Made by a program: the position numbers and the translations under genes. Positions 55,347 to 64,000 of a stretch of DNA of 64,000 nt are shown piece by piece (position 1 is the stretch's first letter; each line of letters starts with the position of its first letter). Under the pieces are notes generated by a model. The model did not search any database and was not told the DNA's origin. It saw only the letters and a list, made by a program, of their open reading frames with translations. The DNA is from Candidatus Bathyarchaeota archaeon (lineage in GTDB: Archaea > Thermoproteota > Bathyarchaeia > 40CM-2-53-6): NCBI GenBank assembly GCA_963733055.1, contig CAVTBR010000001.1:352001-416000 (forward strand), written 5' to 3'.

Positions 55347-57634
55347 GGGTTATCTCTTGCCGCTAGAGCCGTCTGAACTCGTTCTGGTGTGTAAGGGAAT
55401 GTTCGAATTGGAAATCCGAGGGCGTTGTAGACGGCGTTCCCGACCGCGGCTGCGACGGGCTCGATCGGCGGTTCGCCTATACCCTTCGCCCCAAACGGAC
55501 CGTTTTCTAAGTCAGGAGCTTCGACCGCGATTGGTTTGATTGTTGAAATGTCCGCAAAGGTTGGGATGTAGTAGTCGAGGAATCCTGGATTCATAATTTG
55601 CCCCTTATCGCCGATCAGAAGTTCCTCCATCAGTGCGTATCCGAGTCCTTGAACGACACCGCCGTAAATCTGGCTCTTGAATTGAGTTGGAAGGATTACA
55701 GTGCCAGAATCGTGAGCGGCGACATAGTTCAGCAAGTCGACCTTTCCAGTTTCTACGTCAACTTGAACTTCCGCGACGTGAACAGCCCATGAATACGACT
55801 TCCAAGGCGAACCTTCTCCCTTTGCTTTATCCCAGTTGATGCCCGTTGCACGGTTCCACGCTTCTTCCCTGAGGTCAAGTCCTCTGCGTCTGCATTCACG
55901 CACGAGTTCAGCGAAGGCCAACACTTTGCCGGACCCGCGCTTTATCGTATCGTCTTCCCAGACTAGGTCTTCTGGCTTGCAAGATAGGGACTCCGCGGCT
56001 ACTCGTGCCATTTTGTCTTTAAGCTGATTCGCCGCGAGATAGAGGGCCTTACCTCCCATGACCGTGCTTCGGGAAGCGACTGTGGGGCCCGAATCCAACG
56101 CAAGATTCGTATCCGTCATTTCGACGTTGATCTTCGTTTTCTTCAGACCCAGTACCTTGGCGACGATCTTCACGAAACCCGTGTAGATCCCTTGGCCATA
56201 CTCAGTCATGCCCGTGAATACTTGTACGGTCCCATCTTGGATCACTTGAACAGTGCCAGATCCAACATCTACGCCAAGCGGTCCTAGGCTGGTGGGATGA
56301 ATCATGCAGGCCATGCCTATACCACGACGCAGCTCGCCAACCTGTGGTCTCGAGTACAACTGCCTCTTGTTCTTCCATCCGGACTCCTCAGTAGCTTTTA
56401 GCAAACATTCTTCGAGCCCAACACTGCTGGACAGTAGTTGTCCGGTGGCGGTTTTTGATCCAACCCGCAGGATGTTATTGCGTCTGAATTCAAAGGGGTC
56501 CACGTTCAGTTGCTCAGCCGCCTCATCCATCTGGAGTTCTGCGGCGAAGAGGGCTTGAGGTTTACCGAAACCTCTGAATGCGCCCATCGGAACCTTATTC
56601 GTGTAAGCAACCGCCCCATCTACCTTCACGTTGGGGACATCGTACGCGCCCGAGACCAAGCACACCGACTGGAAAAGCACGCGTGAGCTTAGTGATGCGT
56701 AGGCTCCTCCGTCAAGCAAGACGTTCGCTTCAACCGCCGTAATCTTCCCCTTACGAGTAACTCCCATCTTTCTCTCAATTCTGATGGGGTGCCGTTTGGG
56801 GTGGAAAATTGTGGATTCTTCTCGCGAAAAGGCAAGAAGCGCAGGTTTCTTCGTGAGGTAAGTGGCCAGAGCAGCTCTGGCGCAAACCTCGTCCGGCGCG
56901 TCCTCCTTCCCGCCAAATGCTCCGCCCGTGGGCGCCAAGATAATTTGGACATTAGGAACAGCCTTTCCAAGAACAACCTTTACTGCTTTTTCTACGGCAA
57001 ATGGACATTGCATCGAGCCCAGGACAGCGACACCATCAGGTATCGGATAGGCTAGAGCGGCCTCAGTCTCAAGATATGCCTGCTCTTGGATAGGGGTCTG
57101 ATAGGTGCCATTAACCACAACGTCGGCTTCGCGAAATCCCTTCTCCACGTCCCCCTTTCTAACCAAGAAACTATCAAGAAAATTTCCTTGCTCGTGAATT
57201 TTCACTGCGCTTCTCTTCAGAGCTTCCTGAGGATCGTAGACTGCCGGGAGCGGTTCGTAATCCACTTTGACGGCTTCGACGCCGGTTTCAGCAGCTTCGG
57301 GAGTGGTAGCAATCACCATGGCTACGGTGTCGCCGACGAACCTCACCTTCTGATCGCAGAACAAGGGTTGGTCTTGAATGAAGAAACCTACCTCGTTAGC
57401 TCCCGGGACATCCTTACCAGTTACAACCCTGACCACGCCGCTAATCTTCTCAGCAGCCGAAAAGTCAATCCTCTTGACAATGGCGTGCGCGAGGGGTGAA
57501 CGAACAAGCCTCAGATAAAGAGCAGATTGATCAATCATGTCAGTAGTATACCTAGTCTTGCCGAGCACCTTCTGTAAAGCGTCAACACGTTTCTCCTCGT
57601 CAATTGGTCGTTCAACGCGCTCGAGAGTTTGCAT
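55343..57634 (-). CDS. Xanthine-oxidase-family molybdopterin-binding subunit
   Basis: GGAFGGKE, AFRGFG, EYGQG, TVASRS, AKGIGEP; GGTGA precedes ATG at 57634. Confidence 0.93.
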   Translation of the reverse strand: MQTLERVERPIDEEKRVDALQKVLGKTRYTTDMIDQSALYLRLVRSPLAHAIVKRIDFSAAEKISGVVRVVTGKDVPGANEVGFFIQDQPLFCDQKVRFVGDTVAMVIATTPEAAETGVEAVKVDYEPLPAVYDPQEALKRSAVKIHEQGNFLDSFLVRKGDVEKGFREADVVVNGTYQTPIQEQAYLETEAALAYPIPDGVAVLGSMQCPFAVEKAVKVVLGKAVPNVQIILAPTGGAFGGKEDAPDEVCARAALATYLTKKPALLAFSREESTIFHPKRHPIRIERKMGVTRKGKITAVEANVLLDGGAYASLSSRVLFQSVCLVSGAYDVPNVKVDGAVAYTNKVPMGAFRGFGKPQALFAAELQMDEAAEQLNVDPFEFRRNNILRVGSKTATGQLLSSSVGLEECLLKATEESGWKNKRQLYSRPQVGELRRGIGMACMIHPTSLGPLGVDVGSGTVQVIQDGTVQVFTGMTEYGQGIYTGFVKIVAKVLGLKKTKINVEMTDTNLALDSGPTVASRSTVMGGKALYLAANQLKDKMARVAAESLSCKPEDLVWEDDTIKRGSGKVLAFAELVRECRRRGLDLREEAWNRATGINWDKAKGEGSPWKSYSWAVHVAEVQVDVETGKVDLLNYVAAHDSGTVILPTQFKSQIYGGVVQGLGYALMEELLIGDKGQIMNPGFLDYYIPTFADISTIKPIAVEAPDLENGPFGAKGIGEPPIEPVAAAVGNAVYNALGFPIRTFPYTPERVQTALAARDNP

Positions 57635-57686
57635 GACTTCTTCACCGAATTTGAAACGCTCTATCAAATTGTGTTCTAATTAACGT

Positions 57687-57710
57687 AACTCTAGAATATC
57701 TTCCAGAGTT
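57687..57710. promoter_or_regulatory. Inverted repeat AACTCTAGAA-N4-TTCCAGAGTT (candidate operator)
   Basis: Arms match 9/10; lies between the divergent Mo-enzyme and MoaD genes, beside a minus-strand TTAATTA box. Confidence 0.5.
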
Positions 57711-57853
57711 GTTTGTTGTAACGCGCACATAATCGCATTCGAATGCCCGATGAAAAGAGGTGAAAGGTAAATGGCTCACCCCAACATCTAGAAGTCAACT
57801 AGTCATGAAGATGCATTAGACAGCAGCGTGCATTTGTGAAGGAGTCGGCGAGA

Positions 57854-58135
57854 TTGAGTTCCATATCTGTCAACGTGACCGCGTTTGGTTTGTGGCAAAT
57901 GGTGTTAGGAGCCAAGAGGCAGCAAGTTGAGACGAATGGACGCACAGTTGGTGATCTTATTACGACTTTGAATGAGATGGCTTCAGGGAAATTGAAGGAG
58001 GAAATTATCGGCGACGACGGCAGATTGGATCCTAAATTCAAGATATTCGTAAACGGAAAGGAAAGCGCCACTCTGACGACCCAGTTGACTGATGGGGACG
58101 ATGTTGTTCTATTCGGTGTAATCGACGGTGGCTAA
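57854..58135 (+). CDS. MoaD/ThiS/SAMP ubiquitin-like protein
   Basis: IFVNG..L.DGD.V..F..IDGG with C-terminal di-glycine. Confidence 0.9.
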   Translation: MSSISVNVTAFGLWQMVLGAKRQQVETNGRTVGDLITTLNEMASGKLKEEIIGDDGRLDPKFKIFVNGKESATLTTQLTDGDDVVLFGVIDGG

Positions 58136-58136
58136 C

Positions 58137-59093
58137 TTACGAGAAGGACGGTAGCAGCACCTTGCCACATTCTTCTATCTGCTCGTCTATCTCCGAGAGT
58201 TTGTTTACGGAGGGCATCAATACGAGTTCTTGCACGCCCGCCTTCGCGAATGATTCTACCGTGCTCGCGCAGTCTTTGGCTGTACCAATTATTGCGCTGC
58301 TCGGGGTGGCTTCGCTCCATTTGGGCAAATCGCAGTGTCCAGTGATGAATTCGTTCGTTACACGTTCGGCTTCCGCTCGACTTCGATCGATTCTTATGGG
58401 AACCATGTCACAGTTTCCAAATTTGCCCGCGTCCTTGCCTGATGATTTCGCGCTCTCAAGTACCTTTAACCAACTCTTCTCGAAGCTTTGCGGTGTGTAG
58501 AAGTACGATATCCATCCGTCGGCAAGCTTACCCACTCGACGCAACACCGAGTCAACGTATCCTCCCATCCAAAGGGGCGGATGAGGCTTCTGGACCGGCT
58601 TGGGTTCCATTGTTACATTTTTGAATGAATATTGGCCGTACTCGCCAGTCACCGCACTCTCCGTCCACAACCGCTTCATGATCTCAATATTCGTTTGAAG
58701 AGTTCGGCCGCGAGTGTCAAACGGGTACCCGCAAGCTTGGAACTCTCGTTCGTACCAACCAGCTGCAACTCCAAGAGTTATTCGTCCATCGCTCAGGTTG
58801 TCCAGTGTTGCTACTTGTTTGGTTAGGACCACTGGGTTTCTGATCGATAGAACCAATATGCCCGTTCCTAGCCTGACTCGTTCTGTTCTCGCCGCAACGG
58901 CGGATAGTATCGTCAACGAGTCGTGAACGGGAAAGACGCTCTTCGATCCAAGTAATATGTGGTCCCAAACCCAGACCGAAGAAAATCCTAATTCCTCGGC
59001 TCTCGTTGCGTGCTTAATTAGCGTCTTAGGGCTAATCCATTCTCCAGGTGCAACGTAGTTCTGTAACGTTAATCCGAACTTGACCGGTGGCAT
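58137..59093 (-). CDS. LLM-class (probably F420-dependent) oxidoreductase
   Basis: AEELGFSSVWVWDH, LDNLSDGRITLGV, PKPVQKPHPPLWMGG. Confidence 0.88.
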   Translation of the reverse strand: MPPVKFGLTLQNYVAPGEWISPKTLIKHATRAEELGFSSVWVWDHILLGSKSVFPVHDSLTILSAVAARTERVRLGTGILVLSIRNPVVLTKQVATLDNLSDGRITLGVAAGWYEREFQACGYPFDTRGRTLQTNIEIMKRLWTESAVTGEYGQYSFKNVTMEPKPVQKPHPPLWMGGYVDSVLRRVGKLADGWISYFYTPQSFEKSWLKVLESAKSSGKDAGKFGNCDMVPIRIDRSRAEAERVTNEFITGHCDLPKWSEATPSSAIIGTAKDCASTVESFAKAGVQELVLMPSVNKLSEIDEQIEECGKVLLPSFS

Positions 59094-59109
59094 TTAATCG
59101 CCAAGCTCT

Positions 59110-60381
59110 TCAGGCGACTACTCCACACCAGTCCAGTATAGCCAGCGCATAGACTTTCGTTGCCGCTATCAGATCCTCTACTCTCACATATTCGTTGGTG
59201 GCATGCATTTGATCGGTGGGGCCGGGTCCGAATATTACGCTGGGTGTTTCACCATATTTGTTGAGGAACCTGATGTCTGCGGCGCCAGTCCTTCCGCTTA
59301 CGTTGGCGTCTTTACCCAAAATTTCGTTGTACGCTGATCTTACGCATTTCACAATCTCATGGTCAGTTGGTATCTCGGATGGCTCGGCGAAATATCCGGT
59401 GTACTTGACAGTTGGAGGATGCTCCTTCAACCAAGCGTCGCCCATTGCGGCCGCCTTCAAATGCTCAATGAACTGCTTCTTGACTACGTCAGAATCTTCC
59501 CCAGGGACAGTCGCCATGCTCCCCTTGAGGAGACATGAGTCTGGGAAAGCACTGGGGTAGGAACCGGACTGGAAGACTCCTACCAGACAAGGAATGGTTT
59601 CTCTAATATTCGGGTAAAGAGGGTGTCTGACCTTTCCCATGCGAATTTCTTGGAAGTTTGAAACGGCTTTCGTAACGGCGTAGCCCTTATCGATCGCATT
59701 AATTCCTTCCCATTGCGTTTGAATGCCTGCTGGTTTCCCTTTCACGTGGATCTCATACCATATCCGACCAATGGAGGCCGGTTGAACGCACATACTGCTA
59801 GTCTCGCCACTGATCCCCGCATCAGCCTTGTAGCCCCTTGTAACGCAGGCTAAGGTTCCGTTTCCGCTGAGTTCCTCATCTACCGTGTACTCTAGAATTA
59901 CATCCCCCTTCAACTTCACTCCGGACTCGATAATTGCGCTCATTGCCATACTATAACCAGCAACACCCGCCTTCATGTCGGAAGCCCCACGGCCGTGAAG
60001 TTTTCCATCCCGGATCGTAGCAATCCAGGGGTCGGTATTCCATGCGTCACTCGCTCCCGCAGGTATGACGTCGACGTGACCGTTGAAGAGCAATGAACGA
60101 CCTGACCCAGCCCCCTTGTACACGCCAACCACGTTCGGCCTATCCTTGTAATCCCTATCCACGGCGACAAAACCCGGATGTTTGCCAAGCTCTTCGATGT
60201 TGGGCTCCCAAACGTCAACCTTAACGCGCAAAGAATCCTTCAACCAGTTCGAGATGAAACTTTGAATGTCCTTCTCGTTTCCCGTCACACTGGGGAATGA
60301 GACCAGTTTGCGCAGGAAATTCACAACTTCCTCGCGGTTCTTCTCTATATACGAAGAGACCGTTTGCCGCGGATTGTTCAT
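59110..60381 (-). CDS. M20 metallo-deacylase (ArgE/DapE family)
   Basis: NGHVDV, GRGASDMKAG, DEE, HATNE. Confidence 0.9.
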   Translation of the reverse strand: MNNPRQTVSSYIEKNREEVVNFLRKLVSFPSVTGNEKDIQSFISNWLKDSLRVKVDVWEPNIEELGKHPGFVAVDRDYKDRPNVVGVYKGAGSGRSLLFNGHVDVIPAGASDAWNTDPWIATIRDGKLHGRGASDMKAGVAGYSMAMSAIIESGVKLKGDVILEYTVDEELSGNGTLACVTRGYKADAGISGETSSMCVQPASIGRIWYEIHVKGKPAGIQTQWEGINAIDKGYAVTKAVSNFQEIRMGKVRHPLYPNIRETIPCLVGVFQSGSYPSAFPDSCLLKGSMATVPGEDSDVVKKQFIEHLKAAAMGDAWLKEHPPTVKYTGYFAEPSEIPTDHEIVKCVRSAYNEILGKDANVSGRTGAADIRFLNKYGETPSVIFGPGPTDQMHATNEYVRVEDLIAATKVYALAILDWCGVVA

Positions 60382-60385
60382 CAAC

Positions 60386-61168
60386 TCATCCTCCACGCAA
60401 CATGATTTTCTCAGGATCAATTGCTCTCAGAATTTTAAGTTCATGCTTACTTGGAGGAGTTATTCGTTGAAGCTGACTCGCTACCGAAAGGTGAAATCCT
60501 GTGTTCTCTAGGACATTATTGGGTTCAACGCCTTCTTGGAGAGCTTCCAACCTCAACGCTTTCGTGGTTGAATCGAACCCTAAGATGCCCAAGTCGGTTA
60601 CAACCTTGTAAGGTCCCCCGAAAATTAGCCCTGCTTCACGCCTCGAATCTCCACCGTCTAAGAATCCGGGACTCGTTACGAAATCGACCTTATCTACGAA
60701 CCTGCGTTTCTCGTGCATCACACAGATAATTACGCGGGTTGCTGAGGCCGCAATATCATTTGCCCCTCCACTTCCGGGCAACCTAACCTTGGGTGCTTCG
60801 AAATCTCCGATTACGGATGTGTTGAGGTTTCCGAATTTATCTATCTGAGCGGCTCCAAGCAACCCGTAATCCAAGAAACCCCGTTGCTGATACAGGAACA
60901 TGTCCGTGATGCTGCAAAACGCCATTGCCTTCCTACCTGCGCGTGCCTCATTGGTTGACAACGGCATTTTACCCGGCTTCAACTGGGGGGCAATCACCCC
61001 GCCTTCGAACATAATCGATAGATTCGGGCTTTGTGTGAATTGCGCAAGCAAGGCGGCGGCCATCGGTAGACCGATTCCGACAAAGATGGTCTTCCTGTCT
61101 TCCAGTAACCTTGCCGTCGTTACGGCGATCAATTCTGACTTCGAATATTCGAGCTTACGTGATGACAT
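60386..61168 (-). CDS. Family I CoA-transferase beta subunit (GctB/PcaJ-like)
   Basis: FVGIGLP, catalytic FEGG, AQIDKFGNLN, RLPGSGGANDI. Confidence 0.9.
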   Translation of the reverse strand: MSSRKLEYSKSELIAVTTARLLEDRKTIFVGIGLPMAAALLAQFTQSPNLSIMFEGGVIAPQLKPGKMPLSTNEARAGRKAMAFCSITDMFLYQQRGFLDYGLLGAAQIDKFGNLNTSVIGDFEAPKVRLPGSGGANDIAASATRVIICVMHEKRRFVDKVDFVTSPGFLDGGDSRREAGLIFGGPYKVVTDLGILGFDSTTKALRLEALQEGVEPNNVLENTGFHLSVASQLQRITPPSKHELKILRAIDPEKIMLRGG

Positions 61169-62129
61169 TTTGCATGTTCCTCTTCAATTTCTTCAACCTA
61201 CTTGAGCCGATCTTCCTCAGAAATTCCTGAAAAGTTTCCGTGCCGTAAACAAATTCCTTAAGATATTCTGAGGCCCCATCTATGCCGTTTTTGTTGGTTC
61301 GTTCGGCGAATTGAGCAAAGTGGTCGAAGTCCGCCTCATACAAATCCCAGCATTCGCTCGGGTAGGCCCCAAAGGGTACTTTTACGATCGCATCCACGCA
61401 GAAGAATGGAATGGTCGTCCTGTCGGGATGCCTCCTGATCTCTTTCGAATTAACGATTTTTTCTACGGTTACTATGACTCGTTCTGAGGATCGAGCGATG
61501 TCTTGGTCCATGAACTCGTATCCGCCAATCTGCACATTGCCGGCTTCGTCGGCTACTTGCGCGTGAATGATTCCTACGTCGGGGTAGAGTGCAGGTACAG
61601 CCAAGATTTTCTCTCCGGAATATGGACAAGTAATTGTTTGAACGGCGTTGACTCTCTGAAGGTCGGTGCCGATCATTGAGAAGGTCGGCAAGAAGGTTAC
61701 CCCCATAGCCGCGGCTCTATACCTGAGGCCGAGTGAAAGATGGCTCCACTCCTCGAAAGCGACACGTTGTTCTTCCACCGCCTTACGCATCACGCGAGAA
61801 ATTCCCCAAGCGTAACCCACACTCCACCAACTCGTTATCGCCCTTCTCAACAATGATGCGCCGACCAGCAAGTCGCCCTCCATTCCAAGAAGGCTTCGCG
61901 AGACTGTAAGGCCACTGACTTTCTGTCTAATGATTTCATGGATGATCGCTGTTGGAGTTCGAGAGTATAGGCATCCTCCGATCGCAACGTGAGAACCCTC
62001 GTGTACGAACCTTCTAACCGCTTCGTTAGCCGACGTTAGCTTTGATTGTGGCGACTTCGTTTTTTCTTCGATCTTTCTTCTCTTCTCTTTAACATCTAAA
62101 GCGTAACGCGAAATCTGTTGATTCAACAT
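61155..62129 (-). CDS. Family I CoA-transferase alpha subunit (GctA/PcaI-like)
   Basis: EEWSH..RYRAAAMG..FLP, CPYSGE, HAQVADEAGN, PFGAYPS. Confidence 0.9.
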   Translation of the reverse strand: MLNQQISRYALDVKEKRRKIEEKTKSPQSKLTSANEAVRRFVHEGSHVAIGGCLYSRTPTAIIHEIIRQKVSGLTVSRSLLGMEGDLLVGASLLRRAITSWWSVGYAWGISRVMRKAVEEQRVAFEEWSHLSLGLRYRAAAMGVTFLPTFSMIGTDLQRVNAVQTITCPYSGEKILAVPALYPDVGIIHAQVADEAGNVQIGGYEFMDQDIARSSERVIVTVEKIVNSKEIRRHPDRTTIPFFCVDAIVKVPFGAYPSECWDLYEADFDHFAQFAERTNKNGIDGASEYLKEFVYGTETFQEFLRKIGSSRLKKLKRNMQNVIT

Positions 62130-62236
62130 CGTGATCCTCCGGTTGCTTGCGAGTTATTCGAGTGGAAATATCCTTATCGGTATTTCATCGGCACCGTTAT
62201 ATCCTAATTGCAAATAACGCAAATCTGGAAATCTTC

Positions 62237-63544
62237 TTGTCAAACAAAAGTGGAACTAAGAAAACTCTAGCTATAGTTGTCGCTGTAATCGTGCTTCTAG
62301 CGATTGTAGGAGGCGCGTACTATTACACTACCTCAACATCAGCACCTATGACATCAACAACGATGATGACGACACAAGGCGCATCCATGACGAGTGCATC
62401 CGCGCCAGGTGTCATCAAGATCGGTTTGATCACTCCGCTCAGCGGAATCTATGCCCCTGACGGGACGCAAGTACAACAGGGTGCACAGATGGCAGCCGAC
62501 CAGCTCAATGCCGCCGGTGGAGTCATGGGCCAACAAATCCAGATACTTCCGCAAGACGAAGGCGCAACGACCGCCGATACAGTAAACGCAGCCCAGATCC
62601 TCGTCAACCAACAGAATGTAAACTTCATGATGGGCCCATATTTCAGCGGAGACGTCAGGGCAACTCTCCCTATCACCACAGCCGCTAAGATGGTCCAAAT
62701 ACTAACCGTCTCAAGCCTCGACGCATTAATGGTACCCCCACAGAACAATTACCTATTTCGTGTAACACTACCAGACAGCGGTTACGCAACCATGACGATT
62801 TCATGGCTCGGCCTAGTACACGCAAAATCTTTCGTGTATGAAGCAGAGGACTACGGATACGCGCATGAAATCGGCAGCTTCTTGACCAATCAAAGTGCAA
62901 GTGCAGGCGTCACAATGCTTTCCGCAGACTATTTCCCAGACACTGCCACAGACTACTCATCTGCAATAAACCACATTGCTTCACTCAAACCTGACGGCGT
63001 CGTCGTGGTAATGGAAGGAACAAACGGCATCGACTTCCAAAAACAGTTCGGAGCCAACCCGGCCGTTAACAAGATACCAATCTTCCACCTCGAAACGTTG
63101 TTGATATTGCCGACGAATGCGCAAGCCATCAACACTGCAGTTCCAGGTGGAGTAAATGATGTCTTTGTTGGACCGATCAGCACCATCACGAACCAGACAG
63201 CAGCCTTCCAGCAATCATTTCAGCAGAAATACGCACAAACCGCGAGCCACTACGCCATGGACGGATACGACGGAGTAATGGTACTCGCAAACGCAGTCAC
63301 CAAAGCAGGCAGCACAAACTCGGACGCTGTAGCCACAGCATTGTCCTCGACAGATTACACTGGCCCCGGTGGGCATGTGGTCTTTCTAGGCAACCATAAC
63401 CCAACACTAGGCCCGGGATTCCTCACAGGAACAATCTATCAAATCACAGTGACAAACAACGATATTCACTATCAAATCGTCTGGCCCTCAATGTGGGCAA
63501 ATGCCACCGCAGTGAACCCCTCGACTGGGCAACCATATTCCTGA
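62237..63544 (+). CDS. Branched-chain amino acid (LivJ-type) ABC substrate-binding protein, membrane anchored
   Basis: N-terminal TM and T-rich linker; IKIGLITPLSG, NAAGGVMG, YDG..LANA. Confidence 0.88.
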   Translation: MSNKSGTKKTLAIVVAVIVLLAIVGGAYYYTTSTSAPMTSTTMMTTQGASMTSASAPGVIKIGLITPLSGIYAPDGTQVQQGAQMAADQLNAAGGVMGQQIQILPQDEGATTADTVNAAQILVNQQNVNFMMGPYFSGDVRATLPITTAAKMVQILTVSSLDALMVPPQNNYLFRVTLPDSGYATMTISWLGLVHAKSFVYEAEDYGYAHEIGSFLTNQSASAGVTMLSADYFPDTATDYSSAINHIASLKPDGVVVVMEGTNGIDFQKQFGANPAVNKIPIFHLETLLILPTNAQAINTAVPGGVNDVFVGPISTITNQTAAFQQSFQQKYAQTASHYAMDGYDGVMVLANAVTKAGSTNSDAVATALSSTDYTGPGGHVVFLGNHNPTLGPGFLTGTIYQITVTNNDIHYQIVWPSMWANATAVNPSTGQPYS

Positions 63545-63567
63545 GAAACGCTAACTACACATATAGC

Positions 63568-63591
63568 TTACCTCCCTTCTTCCTTTTTTTT
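63568..63591 (+). terminator. Pyrimidine-rich / oligo-T archaeal terminator-like tract
   Basis: CCTCCCTTCTTCC-T8 between the binding-protein and permease genes. Confidence 0.6.
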
Positions 63592-63603
63592 CGTGTGTGT
63601 GAC

Positions 63604-64000
63604 GTGCCAGCCTCCGCGTTCCAAGGGCTCTATCTCTCGATTGTTTCAGGAATCAGCTACGGACTCATAATCAGTCTGCTGGCGGGCGGGCTTTCACTCA
63701 TCTACGGAGTGATGAACAACGTTAACACCTCGCACGGGGCTTTTTACATGCTGGGCGGATTTCTCACATTTTTTGCTGTAAGTTCTCTTCACCTACCCAT
63801 CGTGCTCAGCATAATTTTCGCTTTCACGGCTGCTTTCGGATTGGGACTAGTATTTCTCTTCACTTTAGTTCCGAGAAGAATGTGGGTGTCGAGCGACCCT
63901 GATTCTCAAAATATCGTAATGATTTTGTTCTTGGCCCTTGCGCAGGTTCTACAACGAGGAGCCTTCATTGTGTATGGTGGAGGATCCGTGGCTGTTCCAA
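63604..64000 (+). CDS. LivH-type ABC permease (3'-truncated by window edge)
   Basis: GLSLIYGVMNNVNTSHGAFYMLG. Confidence 0.88.
   Translation, partial: MPASAFQGLYLSIVSGISYGLIISLLAGGLSLIYGVMNNVNTSHGAFYMLGGFLTFFAVSSLHLPIVLSIIFAFTAAFGLGLVFLFTLVPRRMWVSSDPDSQNIVMILFLALAQVLQRGAFIVYGGGSVAVP

Noticed and set aside
55343-57634. Aerobic CO dehydrogenase (CoxL) call
   Set aside because: Active-site loop is AFRGFG, not AYxCSFR
1-64000. CRISPR array, cas genes, IS elements, integrases, rRNA
   Set aside because: No regularly spaced 25-45 bp repeats and no transposase, integrase or rRNA signatures seen by eye

Overview
Chromosomal segment of an archaeon. It encodes TFS, EF-1beta, FEN-1, Cdc48, Trm5 and geranylgeranyl reductase, has BRE/TATA promoters, and carries tRNAs with non-canonical BHB introns. 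The multi-intron tRNAs, the CFI-box-CTERM surface protein and the many zinc-ribbon proteins suggest a TACK lineage such as Bathyarchaeia (inference, not tested). Layout in order: 3' part of ppsA; tRNA-Phe(GAA) with two introns; an accessory block of about 5 kb between two divergent tRNA genes; tRNA-Ala(GGC) with a D-arm intron; an ABC exporter; a nucleotide-sugar/N-glycosylation cluster with two TrmB paralogues; housekeeping genes; an ETF/Fe-S oxidoreductase operon with a frameshifted etfA; carbamate kinase flanked by two non-canonical (YgeW/AOTCase-like) carbamoyltransferases; a small accessory patch; and a catabolic cluster (enolase-family dehydratase, xanthine-oxidase-family Mo enzyme, MoaD/SAMP, LLM oxidoreductase, M20 deacylase, CoA-transferase, Liv-type ABC importer). 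Best novelty candidates: (1) an unannotated 36-aa ORF that copies only the N-terminal coiled coil of the wHTH regulator it overlaps (microProtein-like), with phased GTRTCKA sites at nearby promoters and an adjacent Zn-ribbon/wH/transglutaminase protein; (2) the paired knotted-type carbamoyltransferases plus carbamate kinase; (3) a triple GTTAC-N5-GTAAC operator over the cdc48 promoter. No integrase, transposase or CRISPR array was seen. All calls come from reading motifs by eye; no searches were run.
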